The notes beneath the pieces are model-generated. The model was not told the origin of the DNA, ran no database searches, and saw nothing but the letters and a program-made list of their open reading frames with translations. Shown here one piece after another: positions 49,520 through 60,106 of a stretch of 64,000 nt of DNA (within the stretch, counting starts at the first letter, position 1; every line of letters begins with the position of its first letter). Source of the DNA: Bryobacterales bacterium (GTDB lineage Bacteria > Acidobacteriota > Terriglobia > Bryobacterales > UBA6623); assembly GCA_963422375.2 (NCBI GenBank), contig OY729428.2, forward strand, positions 2,880,001-2,944,000. The letters are read 5' to 3'. A program made the translations under genes and the position numbers.

Positions 49520-51142
49520 CTACTCGCGCAGGCCGAATACGAAGAACGAGTTTCCTGACGAAACCGCGATGCGCTGCTGTCCCTGGGCCGTGAACGTGGT
49601 CGGCGACGACGCGACAATGCCTCCGAGGTTGAGCGAAACGAGGTTCTCGCCGGTGAACGAATCCAGCACGAGGAAGTACCCCTCCCGGCTGCCGGTGACG
49701 AGCACGTCGCCGGCCGTGGAGAGGATGCCGCTCTCGCCGATGCCTGTCATCCTGAACTCCCACTCCATGTCGCCCGTCGTGGGGGACAGCGCACGGATCG
49801 CGCCGTGGCCCTGCTGCTCCTCGGAGTCCTTCATCGTGTTCGGCCAAACCCCCTGCGGGAGGCTGCCGACATAGCGGTTCCCGCGAGTGTAGGTCGGATC
49901 CCCCTTGTGGTAGATGCTCGAGTACTCCCACGACGACACGTAGAAGAGTCCGGTCTTGGCGCTGTACGCCGGGTTGTACCAGTTCGTGGCGCCCTGCACC
50001 GCGGGCCAGACCCTCACGCCCTCGCGGGTCGGCGACGCCTCGGGGACCTTGATGGGCCGGCCGTTCTCGTCCAGACCCGTGGCCCAAGTGACCTTCACGA
50101 AGTTCTTGCCGCGAAGGAACTCGCCCGTTTCCCGGTCCAGCACGTAGAAGAAGCCGTTGCGGTTCGCCCAGAGCATCAGCTTGCGCTGCCTGCCCTCCCA
50201 CTCCCGGTCGACGAGAACCGGGACCTGGACCGAGTCCCAGTCCCACTCGTCGTGCGGCGTGAACTGGAAGTACCACTTCAGCTCTCCGGTGTCCGCGTCC
50301 AGAGCCACCACGGAGTCCGTGTACAGGTTGTCGCCTAGGCGCACGTCGCCGTTCCAGTCTGGCGCGGGATTGCCGACACCCCAGTAGGTCAGGTTGAGGT
50401 CCGGGTCGTAGGATCCGGTCAGCCAGATCGACCCGCCGCCACGCTTCCAAGAGTCGCCCGACCACGTTTCGTGCCCCGGCTCGCCCGGCCCCGGAATGGT
50501 ATTGAAACGCCAGATCTCGTCCCCGTTCCTCGGGTCCAACGCGACGATGAAGCCGCGGATGCCATACTCGCCGCCCGCGGAACCTAGGATCAGCTTGTCC
50601 TTGAGCGCAAGCGGGGCATGCGTGAGTGAGTAGCCGCCAGTGGGGTCGACGATCTGCTTCGTGAACGCGACGCCACCGGTCTTCGCGTCGAGAGCGACGA
50701 GCTTGCCGTCGATCGTCCCCATATAGAGCGTGTCGCCATGGATTGCGAGCCCGCGGTTGACCCGCCCGCAGCAAACGTTCACCTTGCCGTCCAGAACATG
50801 GGTGTACTCCCAGTACTTGCGCCCCGTCATGGCGTCAAGGGCGACGACATCGTTCGGCATCTGCACCACGTAGATCACGTCGTCAACCACCAACGGCGTC
50901 ATCTCGTACTTTTCGAGCGACCGGGCCTGGAAGACCCACTTCAGTTCCAAGTCGCTCACGTTCTCGCGATGGATCTGGCCCAGAGGCGAGTGGTGCTGGC
51001 TCTGATAGGTCCCGTTGTAGGTGAGCCAGTTGCCCGGTTCTTCGGCCGCGCGCAGAATGCGCTCGTACGTGACTTCCGCTCCAAGCTGAGTCGCAACGGC
51101 CGCCACGCAGGCCGCTAGGACCAGAATGCTATTCCGTCGCAT
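49520..51142 (-). CDS. PQQ-dependent dehydrogenase, methanol/ethanol family
   Basis: Signal peptide, NWLTYNG, vicinal CCGRVNRG, GGEYGIRG, GVGNPAP, PHDEWDWD, ANRNGFFYVLDR, GATNW. Confidence 0.93.
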   Translation of the reverse strand: MRRNSILVLAACVAAVATQLGAEVTYERILRAAEEPGNWLTYNGTYQSQHHSPLGQIHRENVSDLELKWVFQARSLEKYEMTPLVVDDVIYVVQMPNDVVALDAMTGRKYWEYTHVLDGKVNVCCGRVNRGLAIHGDTLYMGTIDGKLVALDAKTGGVAFTKQIVDPTGGYSLTHAPLALKDKLILGSAGGEYGIRGFIVALDPRNGDEIWRFNTIPGPGEPGHETWSGDSWKRGGGSIWLTGSYDPDLNLTYWGVGNPAPDWNGDVRLGDNLYTDSVVALDADTGELKWYFQFTPHDEWDWDSVQVPVLVDREWEGRQRKLMLWANRNGFFYVLDRETGEFLRGKNFVKVTWATGLDENGRPIKVPEASPTREGVRVWPAVQGATNWYNPAYSAKTGLFYVSSWEYSSIYHKGDPTYTRGNRYVGSLPQGVWPNTMKDSEEQQGHGAIRALSPTTGDMEWEFRMTGIGESGILSTAGDVLVTGSREGYFLVLDSFTGENLVSLNLGGIVASSPTTFTAQGQQRIAVSSGNSFFVFGLRE

Positions 51143-51929
51143 CGGAGGCCTCCCGCAATCGCTGGCTCGCTAGGTAGGCGACCAAGTTGTCCAGGTCGGA
51201 CCCTTGGATTTTGCCCTCGTATGCCGGCATGGCCGAAGAGCGGTCGACCTCGAACTCGGCGAGATCCGCCTTGCGCAGCGAAACGAGGCTGCCCGAAGCA
51301 TCGATCAGCTGCACGGAGAACGTATCCTCGTTCATGCGCATCCCCGCCACCTGCTTGCCGGCGTCGGTCTTGGCTCGCACCATCCAGTGCTGGGGATAGA
51401 CTGCCTCGTTGGGCTTCAGGATCGCGGTTTGCAGGTGTCCGAGCGATCTCCTAGCACCCACGTCGCTCAGGTCCGGACCCATGCGCCCGCCTTCGCCCCG
51501 GATCCGGTGGCACCCGTTGCATCCGTTCGCCGCGTAGACGCCGCTCCCCTGCTGCGGGTCGCCTTTGGACTGCTCGGCCGCTCGCCCCTCGCTAAGGGAG
51601 CGCACGAAACTGACCAGCTGCCACATCTGGCGCCCGTTGAAGAAGATTCCCGGCATCTCCGTCCCGGGAATCCCGACCGAGATGGTCGTGTATAGGTCCC
51701 GGTCGGTGCCTCCGTGGCGGAACATGCCGGTGGTGAGCGGCACGCCGCGACCGCCCTCGCCCTCGATGCCGTGGCAGACGGCGCAGTGCGACCGGTACAT
51801 TCGCCCGCCGGCCTCCACATCGGACGAAGATGTGAAAGGGTTGCTCTCCACATCGTCGGCGTGCTGGGCCGCGCACGGAAGCGCCGCCACCGCTGCGGCA
51901 AGCACCAGCAAGCTGAATCGAAATCTCAA
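51129..51929 (-). CDS. Di-heme c-type cytochrome with putative heme-binding domain
   Basis: CAVCH and CNGCH motifs, GIPGTEMP, GPDLS, SAMP. AGGAGGAG RBS before TTG 51929. Overlaps the dehydrogenase start. Confidence 0.88.
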   Translation of the reverse strand: MRFRFSLLVLAAAVAALPCAAQHADDVESNPFTSSSDVEAGGRMYRSHCAVCHGIEGEGGRGVPLTTGMFRHGGTDRDLYTTISVGIPGTEMPGIFFNGRQMWQLVSFVRSLSEGRAAEQSKGDPQQGSGVYAANGCNGCHRIRGEGGRMGPDLSDVGARRSLGHLQTAILKPNEAVYPQHWMVRAKTDAGKQVAGMRMNEDTFSVQLIDASGSLVSLRKADLAEFEVDRSSAMPAYEGKIQGSDLDNLVAYLASQRLREASDATE

Positions 51930-52018
51930 GGCACTCCTCCTCCGAGCGGCCCAGCCGCTACAGGCCGCAGCTATTCTACCCGAATCGAGCGGTTCACCCG
52001 AATGCGACCGCATGCGCC

Positions 52019-53287
52019 TTACTCGCGCCAGAGCCGCACGCACACCAGCGTGTCCTTGTCGCGAGCGAACAGGAGACCGCCCGCGATGGCAGGAAAGGCT
52101 CGCGTCTCCCGGGCGAGAATCTGGGCGCGGGCCTTGACTTCGAACCCCTCGGGGGACGCTGCGACCAGCATGAGCTCGCCGCTCTCGAGGAGCAGGACGA
52201 GCCGGTCGCCTACCCGGCTCACCGAGCCGGGCCGGATGTCTTCGTGGGACCAATGCACCTTGCCGGACCGCAGGTCCGCCGCGCGGAGGCTTTGCCCGTA
52301 TTCCTGGCGGCCGTGGAATCCGAACAGAGTGCCACCCGACAGCACGCAACTCGAGTAGTGATTGTCGATCACGCCCTCGCCCGACCAAGTTTCCTCGATC
52401 TTGCCGTTGCAGAGCTTCAGGGCGACCGCCCCGGTGCCGTACGACGCCGACAGGAACACGAAGTCGCCCGCGACGACGGGCGTCGCGGCATTGACCGAGG
52501 CGTTGCTGCGCGACCGCCAGCGACGCTGGTAGGCCACTTCCCCCGTGGAGGGATCCACGGCAGCGAGCCCCTCGCGCGTGAAGAACACGGCCATCGGCTT
52601 GCCGTCCAAGCGAGCCTCGACCGGCGAGGAGTAGCTGGCCGCGTGGTCCGTGGCCTTCCAGAGGACTGCGCCGGTGGCGGCGTCGAACGCCACGATGCCG
52701 GCCCCTCCGGAGCCGCCGACATTGGCGAGCACGTTCCCGGCCATGACCAGCGGGGTCGACGCGGCCCCGAAGAACCCCTTGCGCACGCCGAAGGCCGCGT
52801 GGGTGTCGACGTCCCATATCTGGCGGCCGGATTCGAAGTCGAGACAATGCAGCCTTCCTTGCGCGCCGAATGCGTAAACGCGTCCGCCGACGATCACGGG
52901 CGAGGCTCGCGGCCCGTTATCGAAACCGAAGTCGTCCCTGTAGCGCGTCTCGTAAGCAAACTTCCAGAGGGGCTTGCCGTCCTCGGCCTGCAACGCCTCG
53001 ACAACCTCTTCGTTTCCCAGCCGATGAAAGAGGACAAGCGTTCCCGCGGCGACGGAGGGAGCGCTGAACCCAGCGCCTACGGACCTCTCCCAGACGAGTT
53101 CCGGGCCCTCCGGCGGGAAGGGCTCGACGGTTGCGCGGTCCGGGTAGACGCCGTCGCGCTGCGGCCCCCTGAACTGCGGCCAGTCCTGACCGGATGCACT
53201 AGCCGACAGCGCCAGCGCCGCTATGGCCTGAGCGAGTAGGGACCGCGCGATTGCCGCAGGCGCCGAGAAACGGAATCCCGCTTCCAT
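52019..53287 (-). CDS. PQQ-like beta-propeller repeat protein (BamB-like)
   Basis: DWPQFRGP, GFSAPSV, GPRASP, ASYSSP and repeated TG..W motifs. Confidence 0.85.
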   Translation of the reverse strand: MEAGFRFSAPAAIARSLLAQAIAALALSASASGQDWPQFRGPQRDGVYPDRATVEPFPPEGPELVWERSVGAGFSAPSVAAGTLVLFHRLGNEEVVEALQAEDGKPLWKFAYETRYRDDFGFDNGPRASPVIVGGRVYAFGAQGRLHCLDFESGRQIWDVDTHAAFGVRKGFFGAASTPLVMAGNVLANVGGSGGAGIVAFDAATGAVLWKATDHAASYSSPVEARLDGKPMAVFFTREGLAAVDPSTGEVAYQRRWRSRSNASVNAATPVVAGDFVFLSASYGTGAVALKLCNGKIEETWSGEGVIDNHYSSCVLSGGTLFGFHGRQEYGQSLRAADLRSGKVHWSHEDIRPGSVSRVGDRLVLLLESGELMLVAASPEGFEVKARAQILARETRAFPAIAGGLLFARDKDTLVCVRLWRE

Positions 53288-53334
53288 TCGGACCGGGATC
53301 GCACGGCGCGGCATGGCAGACGGCAAGCGTACCA

Positions 53335-53898
53335 TCAGATCCCCGTCCAGCGTCGCGCTTCCGACGGCCCTGCCCCGAGCAGGTCCAAGATTCGTCCAAC
53401 CTGCTGGTCGACTATCTCATCGAGCGACTCCGGGAGGGTGTAGAAGGCAGGCATCGGCGGGGCGATGACCGCGCCCATCTCGGCGAGCGCCGCCATCGTT
53501 CTCAGATGCCCGAGGTGCAGCGGCGTCTCGCGCACCGCCAGCACCAAGCGGCGCTTCTCCTTGAGCGCCACGTCCGCCGCCCGGGTGAGCAGGTTCGAGG
53601 CCAGCCCGCACGCGATGGCGGACATCGTGCGCACGGAGCACGGCACGACGGCCATGGCGTCGAAGAGGAACGATCCGCTGGCAATGGTCGCGCCGATGCG
53701 CTCTATGGAGTGCAGTTCGTGAACGAGAGGCTTGAGATCCGAAACGGTGCGGCCGGTTTCGTGGTGAAGTGTCTTCTCGCCTGGCCTAGACACCACCAAG
53801 TGGGTCTCGACATCGTGCATGCCGGCTAGCCGCTCCAGCAGCCGCGCTCCGTAGACCGCCCCGCTGGCCCCGCTGATCCCGACTACGATCCGTTTCAA
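53335..53898 (-). CDS. ubiX: Flavin prenyltransferase
   Basis: VGISGASG, IASGS, PCSVRTM, RAADVALKEKRRL, RETP, PPMPAFY. Confidence 0.95.
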   Translation of the reverse strand: MKRIVVGISGASGAVYGARLLERLAGMHDVETHLVVSRPGEKTLHHETGRTVSDLKPLVHELHSIERIGATIASGSFLFDAMAVVPCSVRTMSAIACGLASNLLTRAADVALKEKRRLVLAVRETPLHLGHLRTMAALAEMGAVIAPPMPAFYTLPESLDEIVDQQVGRILDLLGAGPSEARRWTGI

Positions 53899-54212
53899 CG
53901 CACGTCCCTTGACCCATGTTGCCACGGCCGGGAGCGGCTGCCCCGCAGGCGCCCCCCGCACGGACTGGGCAACTGGACCGCGGGTGCGAGTTGCTAGTGT
54001 GAAGTGAAGGCGGAGCGGCGCGTTCGCGTCATGGGAACGACAGGTCGGGACGGTCAGGCCCCGGGCCCGATCCGGACGGGGTTGGAGCGGCGGCGTCGCG
54101 CCGGGGCAATTTAATGCCCCCCGTTCGTCATGTGATGCAACGCAGGACCGACGCACTCGGATCCGGAAAGGCCGCCAGGGCGACGCGTCCACCGCGCGAG
54201 AGAATCGATCCA

Positions 54213-54677
54213 ATGGATGGGGAGGATGTCAATCCCCGCCATCTGATCCTTTATGACGGCGACTGCGGGTTCTGCGACCGGGCCGTGGCCTTCGTGCCGC
54301 CTCGCGATAGCCGCGGCGCTTTCCGCTACGCCTCGCTCCACAGCCAACACGGCCGTCGCGAGCTGGCGGAGCGCGGATTGGAAGGGGTGGGCCTCAATTC
54401 TCTGGTCGTGCTGCCGGCCGGGGCCAGCAGCGAGAAGCGCCCTCTGCTGAAATCGTCAGCCGTTCTGTTCATCGTGCGACGCTTGGACCCGCCTTGGAGC
54501 TTGCTGGCCGGGTTCGGATGCATCCCGCGGCTGCTGCTGGATTGGGGCTACGAGCAGATCGCAAGGAACCGGCACCGGCTTTCGAACAGGCTTGCAACGT
54601 GCCCGGTGCAGGTTGGCTCCCCGAAGTCGCTTCCGAACCGCCAACGGGAGGCGCAGGAACACCTTCGGGCGACCTGA
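54213..54677 (+). CDS. DCC1-like (DUF393) thiol-disulfide oxidoreductase family protein
   Basis: ILYDGDCGFC, FRYASLHS, DWGYEQIARNRHRL...CP. Confidence 0.88.
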   Translation: MDGEDVNPRHLILYDGDCGFCDRAVAFVPPRDSRGAFRYASLHSQHGRRELAERGLEGVGLNSLVVLPAGASSEKRPLLKSSAVLFIVRRLDPPWSLLAGFGCIPRLLLDWGYEQIARNRHRLSNRLATCPVQVGSPKSLPNRQREAQEHLRAT

Positions 54678-54887
54678 CCCGAAAGGGCCGGTCGACGGAA
54701 GGCAGCCAGCCGAGCGCGAGGCTGCGGCATTCGGGCGGACCGTCCCCACCGGTCCGAGGCGTCCCGACCCCAGCGGTGCCGACCGGGCCTCGCGACCGAT
54801 CCCGGAAGTCGATACGCGGGGCGGCAGCCAAGGGTCGGGTTCGCCAGTGTCGGCTGCGCTGTGGGGGCCTCCAGACGATAGGGGCTC

Positions 54888-57800
54888 CTAGTTCGTCACG
54901 GGCATCAGCACCGTGTTGCTTGAGACGTCGGCCACTGCGACCGAGACGTCCTTGTCGCCCGCCGACAGGACCTGCGGCACCCTGAATGCAACAACATACG
55001 TGCCCGGACGGGACAGGTGCAGGCCGGAGTACACGAGTTCCGCCCCTTGTCCCCCGACGGTCACGGTCGGCTCATGCACAGTGGGATTCGGCCATGCCGG
55101 AAGCTGCCCGTCGGCAACCGGGAAGCGCACGGGGCCGTTACCGGTCATCGCCATCTCGACCCGCTCGCCGGCACGTGCCGGGGCCTGCAGCGAGACTTCC
55201 GACCCGTCCTCGCGAACGGCGTGGACGTATCCTCGGCCGGATTCCGAGACTCCGACGATTTCCGGGGCCACCGCGGACAGACTGAACGGAAACGGAGTGC
55301 TGGCGTGCTCAGCGCGAACCTTGAGGTGGGCCGACCTCTCGTGGGCGAGTGCCCAGGGAATCTGTATGCCGATCTGATCCTCCCGCACCCAGAGGACCGG
55401 AGCGGCCACGCTCGCCTCGATGTCCGGGGCGTCGATCGCGACGCTGGTCCCCTTGAGCACGATCGGCAGAGGCGTCCGCACATACTCTCCGCTGAACGCC
55501 GCCAAGTTTGTCCCGCGGAGAATGGCTACGGAGCCCGGAGCGACCGAGGCCGAGCGACGGTCAGCGCCGTGGCCGCCGACCGCCTGCACCACGGGCCGGG
55601 GATCGGTCAACTCGAACGAGAACGGGATTTCGATTCCGCCCACGCTGGCCCGGACGCCTTGCTCGGCCGTAAACGGGTCGAATCGGACCTCGGCGAACGC
55701 CAGCCCGGACTCGGTCGTCTCGCTTGTCGAGTCCATGATCTCGCCAAAGCCCTTGAACACTTCGAATTCCACAGGATGGCCGGCGACCGGGACACCATGC
55801 CGGTCGACCACCTTCGCGACCACGATGCGTACCTCTCTCCGCCCGTACGCTCCGGGATGCTCGGGTTCGGAGAGGTCCGCCCCGTTGGAGGGAACGCCGT
55901 CCCCGACAACGTAGAGAAATGGAACGCGTAGGTCGCGTTCCGTCCGACCGTCGGATAGCCGCAAGTGCCCTTCGTACGAGCCCGGGGACGGCATGGAGCC
56001 CTCCAAGGCCACGCGCACGCGGTTCACCGTCCCGGGCAGAACGTCGATTGTCAGGTCCCGTGCCCCGTTGACCGTCACCTTCGCCGACGGATTCCAGTCG
56101 CGGGCTTCGACCCGCAACGAATACGTGCGCATCACCGTGTCGTGATTCGCGATGCCGATGCTTCGGTCAACGGGAATCTCGCCCTCCGCGAGCTGCCCGA
56201 AGCTCACGGTCGGAGGCACAACCGTTGCAATCGGGTCGAGCGCGGCGGGGATGTTCAACAACCCGCCTCCGACTGACGTGACACGCGCCGGTCCGCCTTC
56301 GTCGAATACTTCTTGCGACGCGGAATTGATCAATGCCGACGCCACCTGCCGAGCGGAAAAGCGGGGATGGGCCTGCCATACCAGCGCGGCCGCCCCCGCG
56401 ACGAGAGGCGCGGCGTAGCTCGTGCCCATGGTCTCGCGGAACCCGCTGGGATTGCGGGCGCGGCCTTGAGGTCCCGTGACCAAGTCTGCCGTGTAGACAG
56501 TGAATCCCGGAGCCACGATGTCCGGCTTGAGACCGAGAGCCGGCGTGGGCCCTCGGGAGCTGAACGGAGCCAGCACTTCGGAATAGCCGTGGCTGAATCG
56601 CTCAAACGGGCCCGCAACAAGGGCGACCGCCGGCCCGGCGCCGCGGAGCGCCCGCCTCAGGGCAAGCCCGTCGCGGCTGTCGATCATGTATGCCGGGATG
56701 TCGGTCATCTCGAGATCCGGAGCGGGATAGGGGTAAGCCTCGCTGATCAGAACCACCGCGAGCGCACCGGCCGCGTCCGCCTGCTCGACCTTCCGTACCG
56801 CTTCGCAGCCGCCGCCCGCCGAGACCAACGCGATCCGACCGGCAAGAGCCGACTCGCCGAAGGGAACGCAGCCGAATCGGTTGTCCAGGGCAGCCGTGTC
56901 GAACGCCGGCGCCGCTAGCAGCCGGTCCACCTCCGGCCCGCTGCCGGAGTAGGCAGGAAAGGTTCGATTACCGACCCGGACGCCCTGATACCCCCAGCGC
57001 GAGCTGCCGGTCGCCCCGACGGCAATCACCCCGGGTGCGTTCGCCCCCATGTCCGTCGTGTTCAGCATCGCTTCCCGGACAACGCCCGACGCGCCCAGGT
57101 TGCCCGCCGCCCTGACTACGACCCTGCCGAAGTCCTCGACCGCGCTCTGGGCGGCAATGGCGCTGGGGTCGCAGGGCTCGCCCGGATCCTCGAGGTGGCA
57201 TTCCTCGCCGTAGGCGTCCCAGCGGACGAACGACGGATGGCCGAAACTCATGCTGATGATGTCCATGCCGTCGCCGACGGCATCGTCGATTGCGGCGATC
57301 ACGGCGTTCGAATCGGGACCGTCGTTGATGCCTGGCGTGCCAAACAGCTTGTACACGCCGATGCGCGCCTTCGGGGCGATGCCCTCCACCATTCCGAGCG
57401 GCGTCAGGACGCCGCGTCCGGCGGCAGCCATGGCCACGCCCGTGCCGTGACCCGAGAAGTCGTCGAGTGTCCGCGCGTCCGGCGTCGAGGTCTCGGGATC
57501 GGCCGAGTTCAGAAGGCGCACGTAGCTGCGCACCGCGACGACCTTGCGGCTGGCGAACCGCAGTAGATCCGGATCTCCCTTGGGGAACCCTTCCAAGGGC
57601 GGCAGGGTTTCGTCGCGGAATGCTTCGTGCTCGATGTCGATGCCGGAGTCGAGGATCGCGACCTTGATCCCCTCGCCGCGCAGGGCGAGACCGCGCGGCC
57701 TATTTCGCGCCGCCGCAGTTCCCACGATTTCGCCCACTCGGTTGAGCGTCGATTGGACCGGGCGGCTGCGGACGACCCGGCGGACGCCGGGGATTCGGGC

Positions 57801-58148
57801 GGCGGCACGGGCTTGCTCGGGCGTCGCTCGGATGAAGATCGCATTGAGAACCTTCTGCACCGAGCCCGTGACTTGCACACCGAGCGCCTCGATTCCGTCA
57901 AGCACCGGGACCTGCCGCGAAGCGACTCGGCGGCGCAGGAGATCAACACTCGCAGCCGAGGCGCGAGGCCCGACGTCGCGCTCGCTCTCGCGACGCGCGG
58001 CAGAGATCCGCTCCCCGGCGGACGGCGCGTCCAGCACCACGGTGTAGGCCGCAACCAGCCCGGTCCGGTCGGCAGCCCGAGCGGGCCAGGCCGGCACGAC
58101 CCAAGCCGCGAGGACGAGGGCTAGGAAGAGAGCTGCGCAATGCCGCAA
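54888..58148 (-). CDS. Secreted S8 (Vpr-like) serine protease with PA domain, Ig-like domains and TIGR03437-like C-terminus
   Basis: Catalytic triad in AILDSG, GHGTGVA and GTSYAAP; FSSRGP, LKPDIVAPG. C-terminal VAPGS..LRGTNL, QIGIQIPW, PARAGE and TGNG motifs. Start uncertain. Confidence 0.88.
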   Translation of the reverse strand: MRHCAALFLALVLAAWVVPAWPARAADRTGLVAAYTVVLDAPSAGERISAARRESERDVGPRASAASVDLLRRRVASRQVPVLDGIEALGVQVTGSVQKVLNAIFIRATPEQARAAARIPGVRRVVRSRPVQSTLNRVGEIVGTAAARNRPRGLALRGEGIKVAILDSGIDIEHEAFRDETLPPLEGFPKGDPDLLRFASRKVVAVRSYVRLLNSADPETSTPDARTLDDFSGHGTGVAMAAAGRGVLTPLGMVEGIAPKARIGVYKLFGTPGINDGPDSNAVIAAIDDAVGDGMDIISMSFGHPSFVRWDAYGEECHLEDPGEPCDPSAIAAQSAVEDFGRVVVRAAGNLGASGVVREAMLNTTDMGANAPGVIAVGATGSSRWGYQGVRVGNRTFPAYSGSGPEVDRLLAAPAFDTAALDNRFGCVPFGESALAGRIALVSAGGGCEAVRKVEQADAAGALAVVLISEAYPYPAPDLEMTDIPAYMIDSRDGLALRRALRGAGPAVALVAGPFERFSHGYSEVLAPFSSRGPTPALGLKPDIVAPGFTVYTADLVTGPQGRARNPSGFRETMGTSYAAPLVAGAAALVWQAHPRFSARQVASALINSASQEVFDEGGPARVTSVGGGLLNIPAALDPIATVVPPTVSFGQLAEGEIPVDRSIGIANHDTVMRTYSLRVEARDWNPSAKVTVNGARDLTIDVLPGTVNRVRVALEGSMPSPGSYEGHLRLSDGRTERDLRVPFLYVVGDGVPSNGADLSEPEHPGAYGRREVRIVVAKVVDRHGVPVAGHPVEFEVFKGFGEIMDSTSETTESGLAFAEVRFDPFTAEQGVRASVGGIEIPFSFELTDPRPVVQAVGGHGADRRSASVAPGSVAILRGTNLAAFSGEYVRTPLPIVLKGTSVAIDAPDIEASVAAPVLWVREDQIGIQIPWALAHERSAHLKVRAEHASTPFPFSLSAVAPEIVGVSESGRGYVHAVREDGSEVSLQAPARAGERVEMAMTGNGPVRFPVADGQLPAWPNPTVHEPTVTVGGQGAELVYSGLHLSRPGTYVVAFRVPQVLSAGDKDVSVAVADVSSNTVLMPVTN

Positions 58149-59072
58149 CGAAGCAGCGGCACGGCAGGAATGGGGGCCGGTCGCGGCGAACCGGTCGGCA
58201 AAGGGGGAAGGAACTGGCAACTGAAGCCCGGTGCGGCTCGTCGAGCGGGCCTGATCCAATGGGTTGCCCCGAGAGCGACGAGCGAGCTCCCGGACGGGGT
58301 GCCTCGCGGCGGAAGGCCAAGGAACCTGCAAGCGATCTACGGGGAGTATAGGGCAGGAGGCAACCGTCCAACTAGACGGCAGGTCCGATCAAGACACTCG
58401 CTCCGTCGATCCCGGCCGAGCATGTCGAGTCGACGGAAGACCCAACCTCTCCGCCGGACTTCCATCCAATCCCGCGCCTCGGCCCACGCGACAACCGCCG
58501 ACCAGCGGGCCGAACCAGGGACCGGCTCGCTTGCGGGAATGCGGTCTCGGAGCCCAGTCGATCGCCCCCGTCCCGATCCGCTGGCGACTTCCCGATAGAG
58601 GTCCCTCGGAGCGCGGAGCACAGACTCGGGCAGTGCGGGCAAGGGGGCATCGGGTCCCGCTTGCAGGCACCTGCCAGCATGCAGAACGTCGCGGAAGAAG
58701 TCGACCGCGTCAAGCGCGAGCGGGACCGGCCGCCGGGCAGAATCGACCCGGCGGCAAACCGGTCCCCGGGCGAGGGACACAGAGATTGTTGACGGGTATC
58801 GGCCTCTCCGGGGCAAGCTGCGCCAGGGCGGAGCAGTGCATCGCCGGAGAGGCTGGCATGGTTGGCATGCCGGTGGCCTCTCGCGGGGGCACCCAGTTCT
58901 CCGCACCGAATCGGGGCACTGGCGCTGCCCCGCTCTGTCCCGGCACCAAGGCCCATCGGGCCCCCCTCTGGCGGCAGGGGGCAGCGACGTCGATGTCCTC
59001 TCGCGCAGGGGGTCTGGGATGGGCTATCTTTGAACCCGGGCCCGCCCAAGGCGACGGCTCCGCAAGCGTCGA

Positions 59073-60065
59073 ATGTTCAAGACTCGCATCACCGAAATGT
59101 TCGGCATCAGGTACCCCATCATCCAAGGGGGGCTGATGTGGCTGGCGAAGGCCGAGCTGGCCGCCGCCGTGGCCGAAGCCGGCGGCATCGGCTTCATGAC
59201 CGCCCTCTCGCACGATACGCCCGAGAAGCTGCGCGACGAAATTCGGAAGGTTCGCGATCTGACGGAAAAGCCGTTCGGCGTGAATCTGACATTCCTGCCG
59301 TCTCTCCGCAGGCCGGACTTCCCCGGCTACGTCCAAGCGTGCGTCGAAGAGGGGGTGAAGTTCGTCGAGACAGCCGGACGCAACCCCGAGCCGATCCTGC
59401 CGACGCTCACGGAGGCCGGCGTCAAAGTGATCCATAAGTGCACTTCCGTGCGGCACGCGATGAAGGCGCAACGGATCGGCTGCGCCGCCGTCAGCATTGA
59501 CGGATTCGAGTGCGCGGGCCATCCAGGCGAGGACGACGTGACCTCGCTGATCCTGATTCCGCTGGCCCGCGACGCGCTCGAGATCCCCGTGGTTTCCTCC
59601 GGCGGCTTCGGCGACGGACGCGGCCTCGTCGCCTCGCTGGCGCTCGGCGCGGACGGAATGAACATGGGCACGCGCTTCGTCGCTACGGCGGAATGTCCGA
59701 TCCACCCGGCCGTCAAGCGGGCGCTGGTGAACGCCAGCGAGAGAGACACCCGGCTCCTGATGCGAAGTCTCCGCAACACGGCCCGCTACCTAGCCAACGA
59801 GAACGCGGAGAAGGTGCTGGAAATCGAGGCCCACGGCAACGCGACCATCGGAGACATCAAGAAATACATGTCCGGGCTGGAGGGCAGGCAGATGATCGAG
59901 ACCGGCAATCTGAACCAAGGCGTGTTCTCGGCCGGGCAGGTGATCGGCATGATTCGAGACGTGCCGACGGTCCAGGAGCTGTTCGACAGGATCGTCGGGG
60001 AAGCGACCGAGCTGATGACCCAGCAGCTTCCGGACATGGTGCGCAACGGCGCTGGCGGCTCGTGA
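59073..60065 (+). CDS. Nitronate monooxygenase / FabK-like flavoprotein
   Basis: YPIIQGGL, KPFGVNL, IHKCTSVRHA, DGFECAGHPG, GGFGDGRG, MGTRF. Confidence 0.92.
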   Translation: MFKTRITEMFGIRYPIIQGGLMWLAKAELAAAVAEAGGIGFMTALSHDTPEKLRDEIRKVRDLTEKPFGVNLTFLPSLRRPDFPGYVQACVEEGVKFVETAGRNPEPILPTLTEAGVKVIHKCTSVRHAMKAQRIGCAAVSIDGFECAGHPGEDDVTSLILIPLARDALEIPVVSSGGFGDGRGLVASLALGADGMNMGTRFVATAECPIHPAVKRALVNASERDTRLLMRSLRNTARYLANENAEKVLEIEAHGNATIGDIKKYMSGLEGRQMIETGNLNQGVFSAGQVIGMIRDVPTVQELFDRIVGEATELMTQQLPDMVRNGAGGS

Positions 60066-60106
60066 GATCCGGGACGCAAGTCCCGCGAAACGCCCGGATC
60101 GCAAGG

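Noticed and set aside
54678..54887. SRP-like or other structured RNA in the convergent spacer
   Set aside because: Only a loose GGAAGGCAGC resemblance; the SRP core helix cannot be built.
58440..58470. RNase P RNA-like GGAAGTCCGG on the minus strand
   Set aside because: It does not match the full GAGGAAAGUCC signature and the 3' conserved motif is missing.
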